Shown here: positions 55,028-64,000 of the stretch, one piece after another
How positions within the stretch are numbered: position 1 is the first letter of the stretch
Layout: every line of letters begins with the position of its first letter
DNA from: Candidatus Norongarragalinales archaeon
GTDB taxonomy: Archaea; Micrarchaeota; Micrarchaeia; Norongarragalinales; Norongarragalinaceae
Direction of reading: 5' to 3'
Length of the DNA stretch: 64,000 nucleotides
NCBI GenBank assembly: GCA_038884755.1
Contig: JAWABJ010000001.1
Span: forward strand, 493,947 to 557,946
Made by a program: the position numbers and the translations under genes
The notes under the pieces: model-generated
Seen by the model: only the letters and a program-made list of their open reading frames with translations
Databases searched by the model: none
What the model was told of the DNA's origin: nothing

Positions 55028-57214
55028 TCAATCCAAAAAGTCTTTCGCAGTAGGAGCAACTTCAGGCTCGCCCTTGCGCTTGCGAATGCTTGCGATGGTG
55101 GAAGCTTGCAACCCAGAAGGCACGGGCTCGTAGCCTGCGTACTCGTAATACCAAGACGCGCGTCCTTGCGAAGCGCCGCGGATTTCGTTGGCGAACCCGA
55201 ACATGCTCGAAACCGGAACTTTTGCTTCTATGCTCACGAGTTCGCCTTCCTGCTTTATTTCTGAAACCTGTCCCCTGCGGGACTGGATTTGCGAGATTAT
55301 TCCGCTCATGTAATCCGTCGGCGAGGACACGAACAGCTTTTGCTTTGGTTCGAGAAGGACTGCTTTAGCGTAAAGCATTCCCGCGTAAATCGGGCGCTTG
55401 ACTGCGGGGATTATTTGCGACGGGCCGCGGTGGGCGGGGTCCACGTGGATTGCCGCGTCGGTGAGGAGTACTTTCACTCCAGTACATTTTTCCTTCGCCA
55501 AAGGCCCCTGGTTCATCGCTTCTTCGAAAGCGTCTATCAAAAGCTCTTTGATGTCCTGCAAATACTGGACTCCTTTCGTTACGTCGATGAAAATGTTGTC
55601 TTCGTGCAAGGCCATCACGTTTTTCGCCTCGTCTCGGGCTAGGCCGGCTTTGATCAACCGTTCCACAAGGTCTTTTCCTTTCATCTTGTCGTTGATTTCG
55701 CCTTCGTGCATCGCTTTCACGACGCTTTCTTCCAAAGGCTCTACTATGAGCTTGAACTTGTTGTGCTTGTTCGGGCTTTTGCCTTCTAGCTCGGGCCCTT
55801 TGCCCTGGATTGTCTCGTGGTATACGACTATGGGCGGGGAAGTCTGGATTTCCACCTTGCGTTCGTTCTGGATTTTGTATTCCACGATTTCCAAATGCAG
55901 TTCTCCCATTCCCGAAATCAAGTGTTCGCCCGTCTCCTGGTTGATCTCGACTTTCAAAGTCGGGTCTTCCTTGCCTATCTTGCGCAACGCTTCAATCAAG
56001 CGCACCAAGTCGCGCGGGTTCTTTGCCTCGACGCTCTTCGTTACGACAGGCTCGGAGTGGTGCTTGATTTGTTCGAACGGCACCATTTCTCCTTCGCTTA
56101 GAGTTTCGCCGGCGTACATTTCCTTCAAACCGATGAGCGCGACTATGTTGCCGGGCGTGGCTTCGTCCACGAGCACGCGGTCTGGACCCATGTAGACTGC
56201 GACGCTCTGCACTTTTTCTTTCTTGAATTGCGAGGCAGAGTACAGTTCCGTGCCTTTCCTGACAGTTCCAGAATACAAACGGCCGACAGCCACGTCGCCA
56301 GCATGCTCGTCAACCGCTATTGCAGTAACCATGAACGACACTCTGCCGGTCGGGTCGCAGTTCAACATGGACTTGCCGTGTTCGGTGTTTTGGTCGCCCT
56401 TCCATATTACTGGAATGCGGTAAGCTTGCGCTTTCTTTGGTGAAGGCAATTGGTTGACTGCCATTTCGAGGATGACTTCGTCCAACGGCGCCTTCTGCTG
56501 CAGCCACGCGTGGTCTTCCTTCGCGCAATACTCGTAAATCTGCTGGAAGTTAATGCCGAAGTTTTTCATGGTCGTATAAGAAATCGCCCACTTGTTGAAA
56601 CCCGTGCCGAAAGCCACGTTTCCCTTGTCCACCGCAATCGTCCAGTCTTTCTTGAACTCTTCAGGCCCGTACATTTCAATGAGCTTGTTGACTGCCGCGA
56701 TTATTTTCACGAACCGTTCCTGCATCTGCTGGGCGTTCATTTTCAATTCGTTGATAAGCCGGTCTATCTTGTTTACGAACAAAACCGGGCGAACTTTCTC
56801 CTTCAACGCTTGCCTCAGCACGGTTTCAGTCTGCGGCATCACGCCTTCAACGCTGTCCACCACGAGCACCACTCCGTCAACCGCACGCATCGCGCGGGTC
56901 ACGTGCCCTCCGAAGTCAACGTGACCCGGAGTGTCTATCAAGTTAATGAGGTACTCGTCTCCTTTGTAGGTGAATCCGAGGGAAATGTTGGCTGCCTTGA
57001 TGGTGATTCCCCGCGCCTGCTCTTGCGGGTCGTAGTCTAACACGCGCTGCTCTCCGGCAAGCTCTTTCGAAATCAAACCCGCCCTCGCCACCAGAGAGTC
57101 GGACAGCGTGGTCTTGCCGTGGTCTACGTGCGCAACTATGCCCATGTTGCGAATGCGCTCTGGGTTTTTCATGAGGCGCACTACGTCTTCGACAACGACT
57201 TCTTTTCTTGCCAT
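55028..57214 (-). CDS. fusA: Translation elongation factor aEF-2
   Basis: 728 aa; G-domain AHVDHGKTTL, DTPGHVDF, NKIDR; length and domains as in archaeal EF-2. Confidence 0.9.
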   Translation of the reverse strand: MARKEVVVEDVVRLMKNPERIRNMGIVAHVDHGKTTLSDSLVARAGLISKELAGEQRVLDYDPQEQARGITIKAANISLGFTYKGDEYLINLIDTPGHVDFGGHVTRAMRAVDGVVLVVDSVEGVMPQTETVLRQALKEKVRPVLFVNKIDRLINELKMNAQQMQERFVKIIAAVNKLIEMYGPEEFKKDWTIAVDKGNVAFGTGFNKWAISYTTMKNFGINFQQIYEYCAKEDHAWLQQKAPLDEVILEMAVNQLPSPKKAQAYRIPVIWKGDQNTEHGKSMLNCDPTGRVSFMVTAIAVDEHAGDVAVGRLYSGTVRKGTELYSASQFKKEKVQSVAVYMGPDRVLVDEATPGNIVALIGLKEMYAGETLSEGEMVPFEQIKHHSEPVVTKSVEAKNPRDLVRLIEALRKIGKEDPTLKVEINQETGEHLISGMGELHLEIVEYKIQNERKVEIQTSPPIVVYHETIQGKGPELEGKSPNKHNKFKLIVEPLEESVVKAMHEGEINDKMKGKDLVERLIKAGLARDEAKNVMALHEDNIFIDVTKGVQYLQDIKELLIDAFEEAMNQGPLAKEKCTGVKVLLTDAAIHVDPAHRGPSQIIPAVKRPIYAGMLYAKAVLLEPKQKLFVSSPTDYMSGIISQIQSRRGQVSEIKQEGELVSIEAKVPVSSMFGFANEIRGASQGRASWYYEYAGYEPVPSGLQASTIASIRKRKGEPEVAPTAKDFLD

Positions 57215-57259
57215 AAGTCAATCAAATCCTTTAGCGGCACAAATATTGAGAAGGCGGAT

Positions 57260-57880
57260 TTACCTCGCGCTTCTCGCTACGCGCTCCATTTCGTTCTTTC
57301 TTTTCACGGAATACGAATTGGCGTCGTTTTGCGAAGCGAGAATCAATTCGTTTGCCAGCGCGTCGGCCATGGTGGTCTTGTTGTTGAACGCGCTCATTAT
57401 GGTTGCGAGCGCGAGGTTCCTCAACGCCAGGTCGAGCCTCCGTTGTGGGGAGAGGTCGACTGCAATCTGGTATGAAACCCCTCCGAAGCGCACGCGCGTC
57501 ACTTCTTCGCGGGGAGCCGAATGCTCTACGGCATCAACCAACGCTTGAATGGGATTTTTCTTCGTCCTTAATTCCACGGCTGCGAAAGCCGTCTCCACGA
57601 ACTTCAAAACAGTTGTTTTCTTTCCTTGCAGTTTGCCGTGCGTGCGGATTATCCTTCCGCCGAGCTTTTCGCCTGTGCCGCCGCGCATGAGCTTGTTCAC
57701 CAACCGCTCTACCAGGTTGACCTGAGCTTTCGCGAACTGCTTGTTTGCGTGGCGCGCGAAACTGTGCGGGACGACCATGGGCTTGAGCGAAATGTACTTC
57801 GCCAGGCCGGGGTCGTGAACCGCAACGCCTTCGTAATCGTATTTCCCAAAAAGCTTTTGCTGCATAAGTCCATCACACAC
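57260..57880 (-). CDS. rps7: 30S ribosomal protein S7 (uS7)
   Basis: 206 aa, typical archaeal S7 sequence. Confidence 0.9.
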   Translation of the reverse strand: MCDGLMQQKLFGKYDYEGVAVHDPGLAKYISLKPMVVPHSFARHANKQFAKAQVNLVERLVNKLMRGGTGEKLGGRIIRTHGKLQGKKTTVLKFVETAFAAVELRTKKNPIQALVDAVEHSAPREEVTRVRFGGVSYQIAVDLSPQRRLDLALRNLALATIMSAFNNKTTMADALANELILASQNDANSYSVKRKNEMERVARSAR

Positions 57881-57882
57881 CC

Positions 57883-58311
57883 TTATCTCTTAGGCTTCTC
57901 CTTCTTTCCGGTGCGCAATTCGCTTAGCGCAACGCCGTTCACCGCGACGACGCGGTAGCGGACTCCCGGAATAGAGCCCATCTGCCCGCGTTGCGAGCCT
58001 CCGAGCCCCTCTATCGTCACTTCATCGTGCTCGTCTATGAACGTTATCGCCTTGTCGCGCGGAGCGTGCGCGGAAACCTTCTTGCCGTTCTTGGTCAACT
58101 GCACTTTCACGCACTTGATGATTCCAGAGTGCGGCTGTTTTTGCTCTTTCCCTTCCTTCTTCAGCACTATGCCCGTCGCCTGCGGCGCGCCTTCAAGAGG
58201 GTCGTACTTGAACTTCAGCCCCAAAGCTTTCCTCTTCCAGGTTTTCTTGAGCCAACGGTGTTTTTTCCTCTTTCTTTCCAAAATCCTTCCAGCGAATTCT
58301 CCCCTTGCCAT
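57883..58311 (-). CDS. rps12: 30S ribosomal protein S12 (uS12)
   Basis: Conserved uS12 core ([20 protein letters not shown]...GVRYRVV); start set at internal ATG (MARGEFAGR), track ORF extends to 58347. Confidence 0.85.
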   Translation of the reverse strand: MARGEFAGRILERKRKKHRWLKKTWKRKALGLKFKYDPLEGAPQATGIVLKKEGKEQKQPHSGIIKCVKVQLTKNGKKVSAHAPRDKAITFIDEHDEVTIEGLGGSQRGQMGSIPGVRYRVVAVNGVALSELRTGKKEKPKR

Positions 58312-58343
58312 AAACATATCACCATGCTGCATGAACGCAAAAA

Positions 58344-58814
58344 TCACGTTACTTTCAATTCAACTACTCCGAAATGCCTTTTCGCCAATTCCCTCGCGCG
58401 GTTGATTCTGCTTCCACCCCTTCCTATCGCCAGCCCCTTGTTCTGCGCTTCAACGCGCAGCAGCACGCTCTGCCCCGCGTTGTTCACCTGCACGTGCTCG
58501 AGCTTCGCGGGCTTGAAGAGGTTTCTCAAAAAACCTTCGAGGTTGTCGGCGAATTCTACCAGCTCTACTCTCCTTCCCATCGCCCTTTCGAGGCGCGCGA
58601 GGGTCGAACCGTTTTTTCCAATCGCCTTTCCCAAATCACCGCTTTTTACTACAAACACGACCGAATCTTCGTTCAACAGCGCGTCGAACGCCTGCACCGA
58701 ACTCAGCTGTTCGAACAACGAAATCAGCTGTAGTTGTTCGCTTGAAATCTTCACGTTGCACCCTCGCTCATTTTCCGGGATTGAACTTGAGAATGTCCGA
58801 ATTCCCCTCTTCAA
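58344..58814 (-). CDS. nusA: Archaeal transcription termination/antitermination factor NusA (KH-domain protein)
   Basis: Two KH-like GxxG segments ([28 protein letters not shown]); real start probably downstream of the L30e stop (58768), so the 5' end is uncertain. Confidence 0.7.
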   Translation of the reverse strand: MKRGIRTFSSSIPENERGCNVKISSEQLQLISLFEQLSSVQAFDALLNEDSVVFVVKSGDLGKAIGKNGSTLARLERAMGRRVELVEFADNLEGFLRNLFKPAKLEHVQVNNAGQSVLLRVEAQNKGLAIGRGGSRINRARELAKRHFGVVELKVT

Positions 58815-59064
58815 TCACGCTCAAGGCGCTTACGGAAAAAGGCTTTCCGCAAACCGCGCCCAACTCTACGCCGTTCCCTTCGAAATCAACGACGGCCACT
58901 TTCGAGGCTCTGGCATACTGCCTTATTTCCCCTGCAGCAGGGCAGTTTTTGGCCAAAACGATTGCTTTCGCCCCTCCGGTGAGGGAAAGCTTCAACGCTT
59001 TTTGCAAGCCAATTTCCACTTTTCCCGAATCAACCGCAAGGCGGATTGACTGTCCAACGTCCAT
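58768..59064 (-). CDS. rpl30e: 50S ribosomal protein L30e (eL30)
   Basis: 98 aa, L30e-type motif (KAIVLAKNCP). Confidence 0.8.
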   Translation of the reverse strand: MDVGQSIRLAVDSGKVEIGLQKALKLSLTGGAKAIVLAKNCPAAGEIRQYARASKVAVVDFEGNGVELGAVCGKPFSVSALSVIEEGNSDILKFNPGK

Positions 59065-59218
59065 TCTGTAAAACCCTTTTTTTCTTCTTTTGACTAGCTA
59101 TTAAAACCGGCTAATTCGTCAAAGCGACTAAGCGGTTCTCAATCCTTTGCAGGATTACTCCCCGTATAAAAACGAGTTTTGCTGAGAATAATAAAATGCC
59201 GGGCGTTGTTTAAAAACC

Positions 59219-60667
59219 TTACATTCTTACTATGGTTTTCAACTGCGGGTACAAGTCGAACAATTGTTGTTTAGCCAAGTCTTCGTAAAAGCGGTAGAGA
59301 ATTCCCACGGTAAGCAATATGCCCGTTCCAGTTCCCAACGCGCCCGTAATGTCGGCAAACCACGCCAAAACCCCGACGAACAAACTGCCTAACACGGTTA
59401 TGATTGGAATGTACCTTTCAAGGATTTTTTCGGTGATGCGAGGGTCTTGCCTGAAACCGGGAATCTGGAGTCCAGCGCGCTGCAACTGCGCCGCCACGTT
59501 GGTCGCGCTCATTCCCGTGCTTTCAATCCAGAACCACCCGAACACTACGCACAAAAGCACGAGCGCGATGCCGTAAGCAAAAATGTGCATGATTTCCCGC
59601 GGTTGTGCTAAGAACTGTAGGTACGCGGGATAACCGCCTGGGAAAAGCAAAGGCGAAGGCAACGCGGTTATGAAGTACGCGAAGCCGTCTACAGGCTGGT
59701 TGTTCTGGAACGTTCCAAGCGGGCCTACTTTGATTCCGGGGGAATCCGCAATGGGCGTGGCAGTAAACGCGCCTATCAACTGGAAATTAAGTAAAATAGC
59801 GCTTGCCAGGATGACGGGAATATTGGAAACGTACATGAATTTTATGGGGTATTTTGCCCCCAAGCCGCGAGCACGGCCGTAAGCCAAAGGCAATTCTATT
59901 TTCATTCCCTCAACGTACACTACCACCACGAAAACCAAGGCAGTAAATAATATGGGAATCAACGCCCAGAACGAACTCAAAACCTCGCCTTTGAACAGGT
60001 AGTAAACCGCTTGCGGAATCAAGCCTCCAGGAATTCCGGTCGCGTCCGACGTGAAGTTGAACGCGCCGAGGAAAACCGCTTGCGAAACTCCCGCAGCTAT
60101 GAACAGCGATATTCCCGAGCCTATCCCGAACTTTTGCACGACTTCGTCTAGATAGAGGAGTATGATGGAGCCTACGGCCAACTGCAGTATCACTATTATT
60201 TGCGTCAGGAACAGGCTTCCCAACAGCGCGGGAAATTGCGATGCAGACGAGCCTACGGGAGTGATGTAATTGGATAAAACGTATATTGCGGCTTCGAAAA
60301 ACGCCAGGAGTATCGCGAGGAGCTTTTGCACGCCTTGAAAGCGCTTCTTTCCTTCAGTAGAGTTCAAGTCGAACGAAAGCAGTTTCGAGCCTACGGCCAA
60401 CTGCAGGAATATCGACGCCAAAACTATGGGTCCTATTCCGGTGGTGATGAGCGAGCCGGTCCTGCTTCCCAAAAGAATGTCCAAGCGCTCGAACTGCTGT
60501 ATGCGTGTCGGGTCTACGCCGATGGGGTATATCGTTCCCATTACGTAGAACAAAACGAGGACTACGCCGGTCCACAACAGTTTTTGCTTGAGTGAAAGCG
60601 GGCCTTCCGGCGGCTTCACTTCAGGAAGCACGGAAATTATCGAATCCAAAACGCCCATTTTCCTCAC
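59219..60667 (-). CDS. secY: Preprotein translocase subunit SecY
   Basis: 482 aa, 10-TM SecY layout. Confidence 0.9.
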   Translation of the reverse strand: MRKMGVLDSIISVLPEVKPPEGPLSLKQKLLWTGVVLVLFYVMGTIYPIGVDPTRIQQFERLDILLGSRTGSLITTGIGPIVLASIFLQLAVGSKLLSFDLNSTEGKKRFQGVQKLLAILLAFFEAAIYVLSNYITPVGSSASQFPALLGSLFLTQIIVILQLAVGSIILLYLDEVVQKFGIGSGISLFIAAGVSQAVFLGAFNFTSDATGIPGGLIPQAVYYLFKGEVLSSFWALIPILFTALVFVVVVYVEGMKIELPLAYGRARGLGAKYPIKFMYVSNIPVILASAILLNFQLIGAFTATPIADSPGIKVGPLGTFQNNQPVDGFAYFITALPSPLLFPGGYPAYLQFLAQPREIMHIFAYGIALVLLCVVFGWFWIESTGMSATNVAAQLQRAGLQIPGFRQDPRITEKILERYIPIITVLGSLFVGVLAWFADITGALGTGTGILLTVGILYRFYEDLAKQQLFDLYPQLKTIVRM

Positions 60668-60745
60668 AAGAGTTTTTTGCCGTATTTTTCAAGCAAGAAT
60701 TCAGGGAAAGAATATTAACCTTGTTTTTCGCTCGGCGTATTGGAA

Positions 60746-61171
60746 TTATTGCAGGACCGTGACCTTGCCGCCGGCAGCCTCGATTTTCTCTTTGGCTTTG
60801 GCGGAAAAAGCTTTCGCCTTGACGTCGAGCTTGTGCGCAAGCTTGCCGTTTGAAAGGATTTTCGCGCGCGGGAGCTCGAGGGGGTAAAACCCGTCGGCTT
60901 CCTTAATCTCGCCTTTAGCTATTTTCTGGGAAATCTGTTCGAGCGTGACTTCCTGCATAGCGCCTTGCGAATGGAAAAATCCTTGCTCTCCGCGCTCGCT
61001 CTTGTTCTTCTCGCCTTGCTTTATGGTTCGCAGCCAGTTGTGCTTGTGGAACCCTGCTCTTCCTACCCCGCCGCGGTTGCCCTTGCCCCTGCGGTTTTTG
61101 GCGTTGCCGCCGCCGAAACTGCGGTTGCCTGCGTACTTTCTTTTCTTCGCGCTTTTAACCCGTCTAGCCAT
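60746..61171 (-). CDS. rpl15: 50S ribosomal protein L15 (uL15)
   Basis: 141 aa, Gly/Arg-rich N-terminus typical of uL15. Confidence 0.85.
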   Translation of the reverse strand: MARRVKSAKKRKYAGNRSFGGGNAKNRRGKGNRGGVGRAGFHKHNWLRTIKQGEKNKSERGEQGFFHSQGAMQEVTLEQISQKIAKGEIKEADGFYPLELPRAKILSNGKLAHKLDVKAKAFSAKAKEKIEAAGGKVTVLQ

Positions 61172-61180
61172 AAAATCAAC

Positions 61181-61522
61181 TTAGTGAAGCATTTTTTTGA
61201 TTAGTTCGTTTATTTTTTCTCCCCTTGCGCCCAAATCCCCTCGGGGATAGTGGTTTCTAGTGTCTTTCCAGCCGCCAACGGGGTTGTTGAGCCTGTAGAC
61301 CGCGCTTTTCGAATCCCTTTTTTTCAAAGCTTCGACAGTTTCCTTGGAAGCTTCCCCCCAGGTTGCGTAATCCCTTATTTGCTGGAGCATCTTCGGGTCT
61401 GGTTTTTCCACGAGCACGCAGTGGTTCTTGCGCGTCAAGTGCATTTGGTCGAGCGCGTAGCGTATGCGGTGGGTTACGCCGTGCACTCCCCTTACTCTCA
61501 CGATTGCTATGACCATGTTCAA
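61181..61522 (-). CDS. rpl30: 50S ribosomal protein L30 (uL30)
   Basis: 113 aa, uL30-like (VIAIVRVRG...); position between uS5 and uL15 as in archaeal spc clusters. Confidence 0.8.
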   Translation of the reverse strand: MNMVIAIVRVRGVHGVTHRIRYALDQMHLTRKNHCVLVEKPDPKMLQQIRDYATWGEASKETVEALKKRDSKSAVYRLNNPVGGWKDTRNHYPRGDLGARGEKINELIKKMLH

Positions 61523-62133
61523 GCACCCTTAGCCTGCGTTCCCTTCTTGAGCTTGTTGAGCGAGTTCAGCGCGCCGATCGTCGCGAGGACGGTGTTGAGG
61601 ATGTTGCGCGTCCTTCCCTTGGAGAAAGTCCAGCAGTCCTTTATTCCAGCCATTTCCAAAACCTTGCGCGAATTCTCGCCTGCAACTATCCCCACGCCTC
61701 TCGGCGCGGGTTTTATCGTTATTTCGGTAGAACCGTTGAACCCGTGCACGGTAAGCGGAATCGAGTGTTCCGAACCGCAGCCGCACTCCCAGCTTCCGCA
61801 GCCAAGCGGAATTTTTATCAAGTTCATTTTCGCGTCGCGTATTGCCTTTGCAATCGCATCGCGCGTTTCCGCGCCCTTGCCGACGCCTATGCCTATGAAG
61901 CCCCTGCGGTTTCCGAGGATTACGACGGCGCGCATTTGCTGTTTCCTGCCGTAGGCGGTCATCCTCTGCGTGCTCGTGATTTGCAGAACTTCGTCCGACA
62001 GGTCTGGAACGAGAATGTCGATTATTTGCGGTTCCAGCACCTTCAGGTTATTCTCGAAAATCTGGTCGAACGAGGTTATTTCCCCGGCCAAGACTTTCTT
62101 TCCAAGAGTCGTTTTCGCAATCCAGTCAACCAT
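61519..62133 (-). CDS. rps5: 30S ribosomal protein S5 (uS5)
   Basis: 204 aa, uS5 motifs (RMTAYGRKQQ...VILGNRRGFIGIGVGK). Confidence 0.9.
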   Translation of the reverse strand: MVDWIAKTTLGKKVLAGEITSFDQIFENNLKVLEPQIIDILVPDLSDEVLQITSTQRMTAYGRKQQMRAVVILGNRRGFIGIGVGKGAETRDAIAKAIRDAKMNLIKIPLGCGSWECGCGSEHSIPLTVHGFNGSTEITIKPAPRGVGIVAGENSRKVLEMAGIKDCWTFSKGRTRNILNTVLATIGALNSLNKLKKGTQAKGA

Positions 62134-62151
62134 TTTGATTCACGCACCCTT

Positions 62152-62658
62152 TCAAGCTTTAACCCCAGCCAGTATTTTTTGTTTCGCCTGCGCGAACTGC
62201 GCGTCAGAACCCAAGTGTTTTCCGCTCAAGCGCTCTTCCGAAGGCATTTTTTCCTGCCCGAAGTTCGCCTTGAGCCCAGCGTCAACCGCGCCTTTGAGGA
62301 CCGCAAAGACGACCGAACCTTTAGTGGGGGAATGCAATCCCACGTCGAGCACTATTTCTCCCACGCCCTTCGCTTTTGCCTTGACTCCGCACAACAATCC
62401 CGTCAAGTAAGCGGAAGGGGTGTTTGCTTTTCCGTTGAACCCGAAAGCGTTCAACGCTTTGGAAGTGACGCTCGCGAGCGTGGAGTCGCCTTTCTCCCCC
62501 CAGGAGGTTATTTGCGCGATGATAAAGCGGTTTGTTTTTCTGACCACAAGCCGGGGCTTTCCGCTTTTCACGAAAGCGAGGCGCTTTGCGTAGTCGGTCT
62601 TTCCCTCGCGCCTTCTCTTGAAATGCACGGAATACAAAGGTCCGGTTGCTCTAGCCAT
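62152..62658 (-). CDS. rpl18: 50S ribosomal protein L18 (uL18)
   Basis: Start set at internal ATG (MARATGPLYSVHFKRRREGKTDY), typical archaeal L18 N-terminus; track ORF extends to 62745. Confidence 0.85.
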   Translation of the reverse strand: MARATGPLYSVHFKRRREGKTDYAKRLAFVKSGKPRLVVRKTNRFIIAQITSWGEKGDSTLASVTSKALNAFGFNGKANTPSAYLTGLLCGVKAKAKGVGEIVLDVGLHSPTKGSVVFAVLKGAVDAGLKANFGQEKMPSEERLSGKHLGSDAQFAQAKQKILAGVKA

Positions 62659-62741
62659 TTTCAAACACTCTTCCAGTCTTTCTTCATTTTGGTTTTTTCG
62701 TACTGAATTTTCTTTTTTCCAAAAAAAAAAAAGAAAATTCT

Positions 62742-63197
62742 TCACTTGAGCAGCTTGTTTTCCCTAGCGTAGGAAAGCAGTTGCTTTTTCGTCTTGAACA
62801 AATTGCCTTTTATCATTGAATACAATTTCCTGTAAGCGCCTTGCGCCAGGCCACTCTTCATGCTTTTCAAAACCTTTCTTTGCGAGCGGACTTTCTCCAC
62901 CCACCGTTCTTTCCTGCTTTTGCCGGCGAAAGACGCGCCTTTCCTGCTTCCAGGCCCGCGCCTTCTTCCCGAGTGCACGCGCGATTGCTTGAACCTGGCC
63001 TTGTTTCGCCCTACGCCTTTCTTCTGTTCTATCACGACGGCGCCTTCCTTGATTAGCGAGCGCGCGTCGTCGCGGGTCAAGGCTTCCTTGGCCCTGGCCG
63101 CGTCGATTATCTTCACTCTCGACTCGCCTGCGTTGGCGATGCTTGCAACCAGCCTTCGAACGGTCTTCAAACCCATTTTGCAAAAACCTTTTTTCAC
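62742..63197 (-). CDS. rpl19e: 50S ribosomal protein L19e (eL19)
   Basis: 151 aa, basic, typical eL19 sequence. Confidence 0.85.
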   Translation of the reverse strand: MKKGFCKMGLKTVRRLVASIANAGESRVKIIDAARAKEALTRDDARSLIKEGAVVIEQKKGVGRNKARFKQSRVHSGRRRGPGSRKGASFAGKSRKERWVEKVRSQRKVLKSMKSGLAQGAYRKLYSMIKGNLFKTKKQLLSYARENKLLK

Positions 63198-63553
63198 TCG
63201 TTCAGAATTCTCAGCTTGAGCTTTTTCGCTTCGGCAACCAAAACTGCTTTTTTCTTTCTTCCCAGGGTTGCGGAAAAACGCACTGCAACGCCGCTCAGCC
63301 CCGCCAAGTCGCGCATCGAGCGCACGAGAATTTCCTTCAGCCCGTTCGGGTGCAGTCCCCTTTCGCTCTTGGCAGTCCTGAACCCGATTTTGGGGAGAAA
63401 CCCGTAACCGCCTTTCTTGATACGGAGTTTGTTGTCAATGCCTCGCGGTTTTCTCCACGCTTCCCCGACGCGCTTTTTCTGCGCGCGGTTTTGCCTGGCG
63501 AACTTAGGCAGTTTTCTTGCAACCTGTTTTTTCACTTGAGAATTTTCAGCCAT
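63194..63553 (-). CDS. rpl32e: 50S ribosomal protein L32e (eL32)
   Basis: 119 aa, eL32-like. Confidence 0.85.
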   Translation of the reverse strand: MAENSQVKKQVARKLPKFARQNRAQKKRVGEAWRKPRGIDNKLRIKKGGYGFLPKIGFRTAKSERGLHPNGLKEILVRSMRDLAGLSGVAVRFSATLGRKKKAVLVAEAKKLKLRILNE

Positions 63554-63567
63554 TCAAACCAACTTTT

Positions 63568-64000
63568 TCAAGAGTAGTAAATCCCGTCTTGGAACACGCG
63601 CGCGTCGCGCTTGGTGATGCGCGTCGCCTTGCGGATGTTCGACGCGGTTTGCCCGACGGCTTCGATGTCGGAACTCGAAACGATTATGTCCTGGCCTTTC
63701 ACTTCCACTTTCGCGTCCCCGATTACTTTCGCCTTCCTGGGCGTCTTTTCGCCAAGAAAGTTTTTGATGAAAATGTCCTTTCCCTTCACTTCCACGGTCA
63801 CGGGAAAGTGCGAGTACACCACCTGCATTTTCTTTTCGAACTTTTCCGAAACGCCGGCAAACAGGTTTTTCAAGTGCGCTTCCACGGTCTTGACCGCAGC
63901 GTGGGACTTGCGCGTTTGCTTCGCCTTCAGCGCGATTACGACTTCCCCGTTCTCCACTTTCGCGCTGACTACGCGCGAGTCGAAAGGCTTTTCCAGAGAA
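63568..64000 (-). CDS. rpl6: 50S ribosomal protein L6 (uL6), 5'-truncated by the window edge
   Basis: C-terminal two-thirds of uL6 (VYSHFPVTVEVKG...NFLGEKTPRKAKV...GQTASNIRKATRI...RVFQDGIYY); frame stays open to position 64000. Confidence 0.8.
   Translation of the reverse strand, partial: SLEKPFDSRVVSAKVENGEVVIALKAKQTRKSHAAVKTVEAHLKNLFAGVSEKFEKKMQVVYSHFPVTVEVKGKDIFIKNFLGEKTPRKAKVIGDAKVEVKGQDIIVSSSDIEAVGQTASNIRKATRITKRDARVFQDGIYYS

Noticed and set aside
1-64000. CRISPR array, rRNA genes, integrase/transposase or prophage.
   Set aside because: No regularly spaced direct repeats, no rRNA-like conserved stretches, and no protein with integrase, transposase or capsid hallmarks was seen.

Overview
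This window reads as an archaeal chromosomal segment, moderately GC-rich by eye, with no rRNA, CRISPR array, integrase or transposase recognised. All calls rest on reading the translated ORF track and the nucleotide text; no searches were run, and several ORF starts in the track use TTG/GTG. The strongest candidate for an undescribed system is a cell-surface locus at ~33.6-44.9 kb: secreted glycoprotein genes each followed by a paralogous accessory gene, flanking a MinD/ParA-type ATPase. Archaeal identity rests on Orc1/Cdc6, aRF1 (NIKS and GGQ motifs), aEF-1alpha, aEF-2, ribosomal proteins L30e/L19e/L32e, KH-type NusA, Pcc1, Brix and prefoldin beta. The right end (51.3-64.0 kb, minus strand) carries the ribosomal spc-like cluster (L6 to SecY) directly abutting an str-like cluster (L30e to S10), interrupted by three unrelated genes. 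Two intron-containing tRNA-Ser genes are present, one with an unusually long ~115-nt intron built from three U3CU3/A3GA3-type palindromic hairpins. Two giant secreted proteins (1820 aa and 1599 aa), dense in N-x-S/T sequons, share a ~430-aa Cys-containing module and sit as inverted partners ~36 kb apart. A glycosyltransferase cluster (GT4/GT2) lies at 21-28.7 kb.
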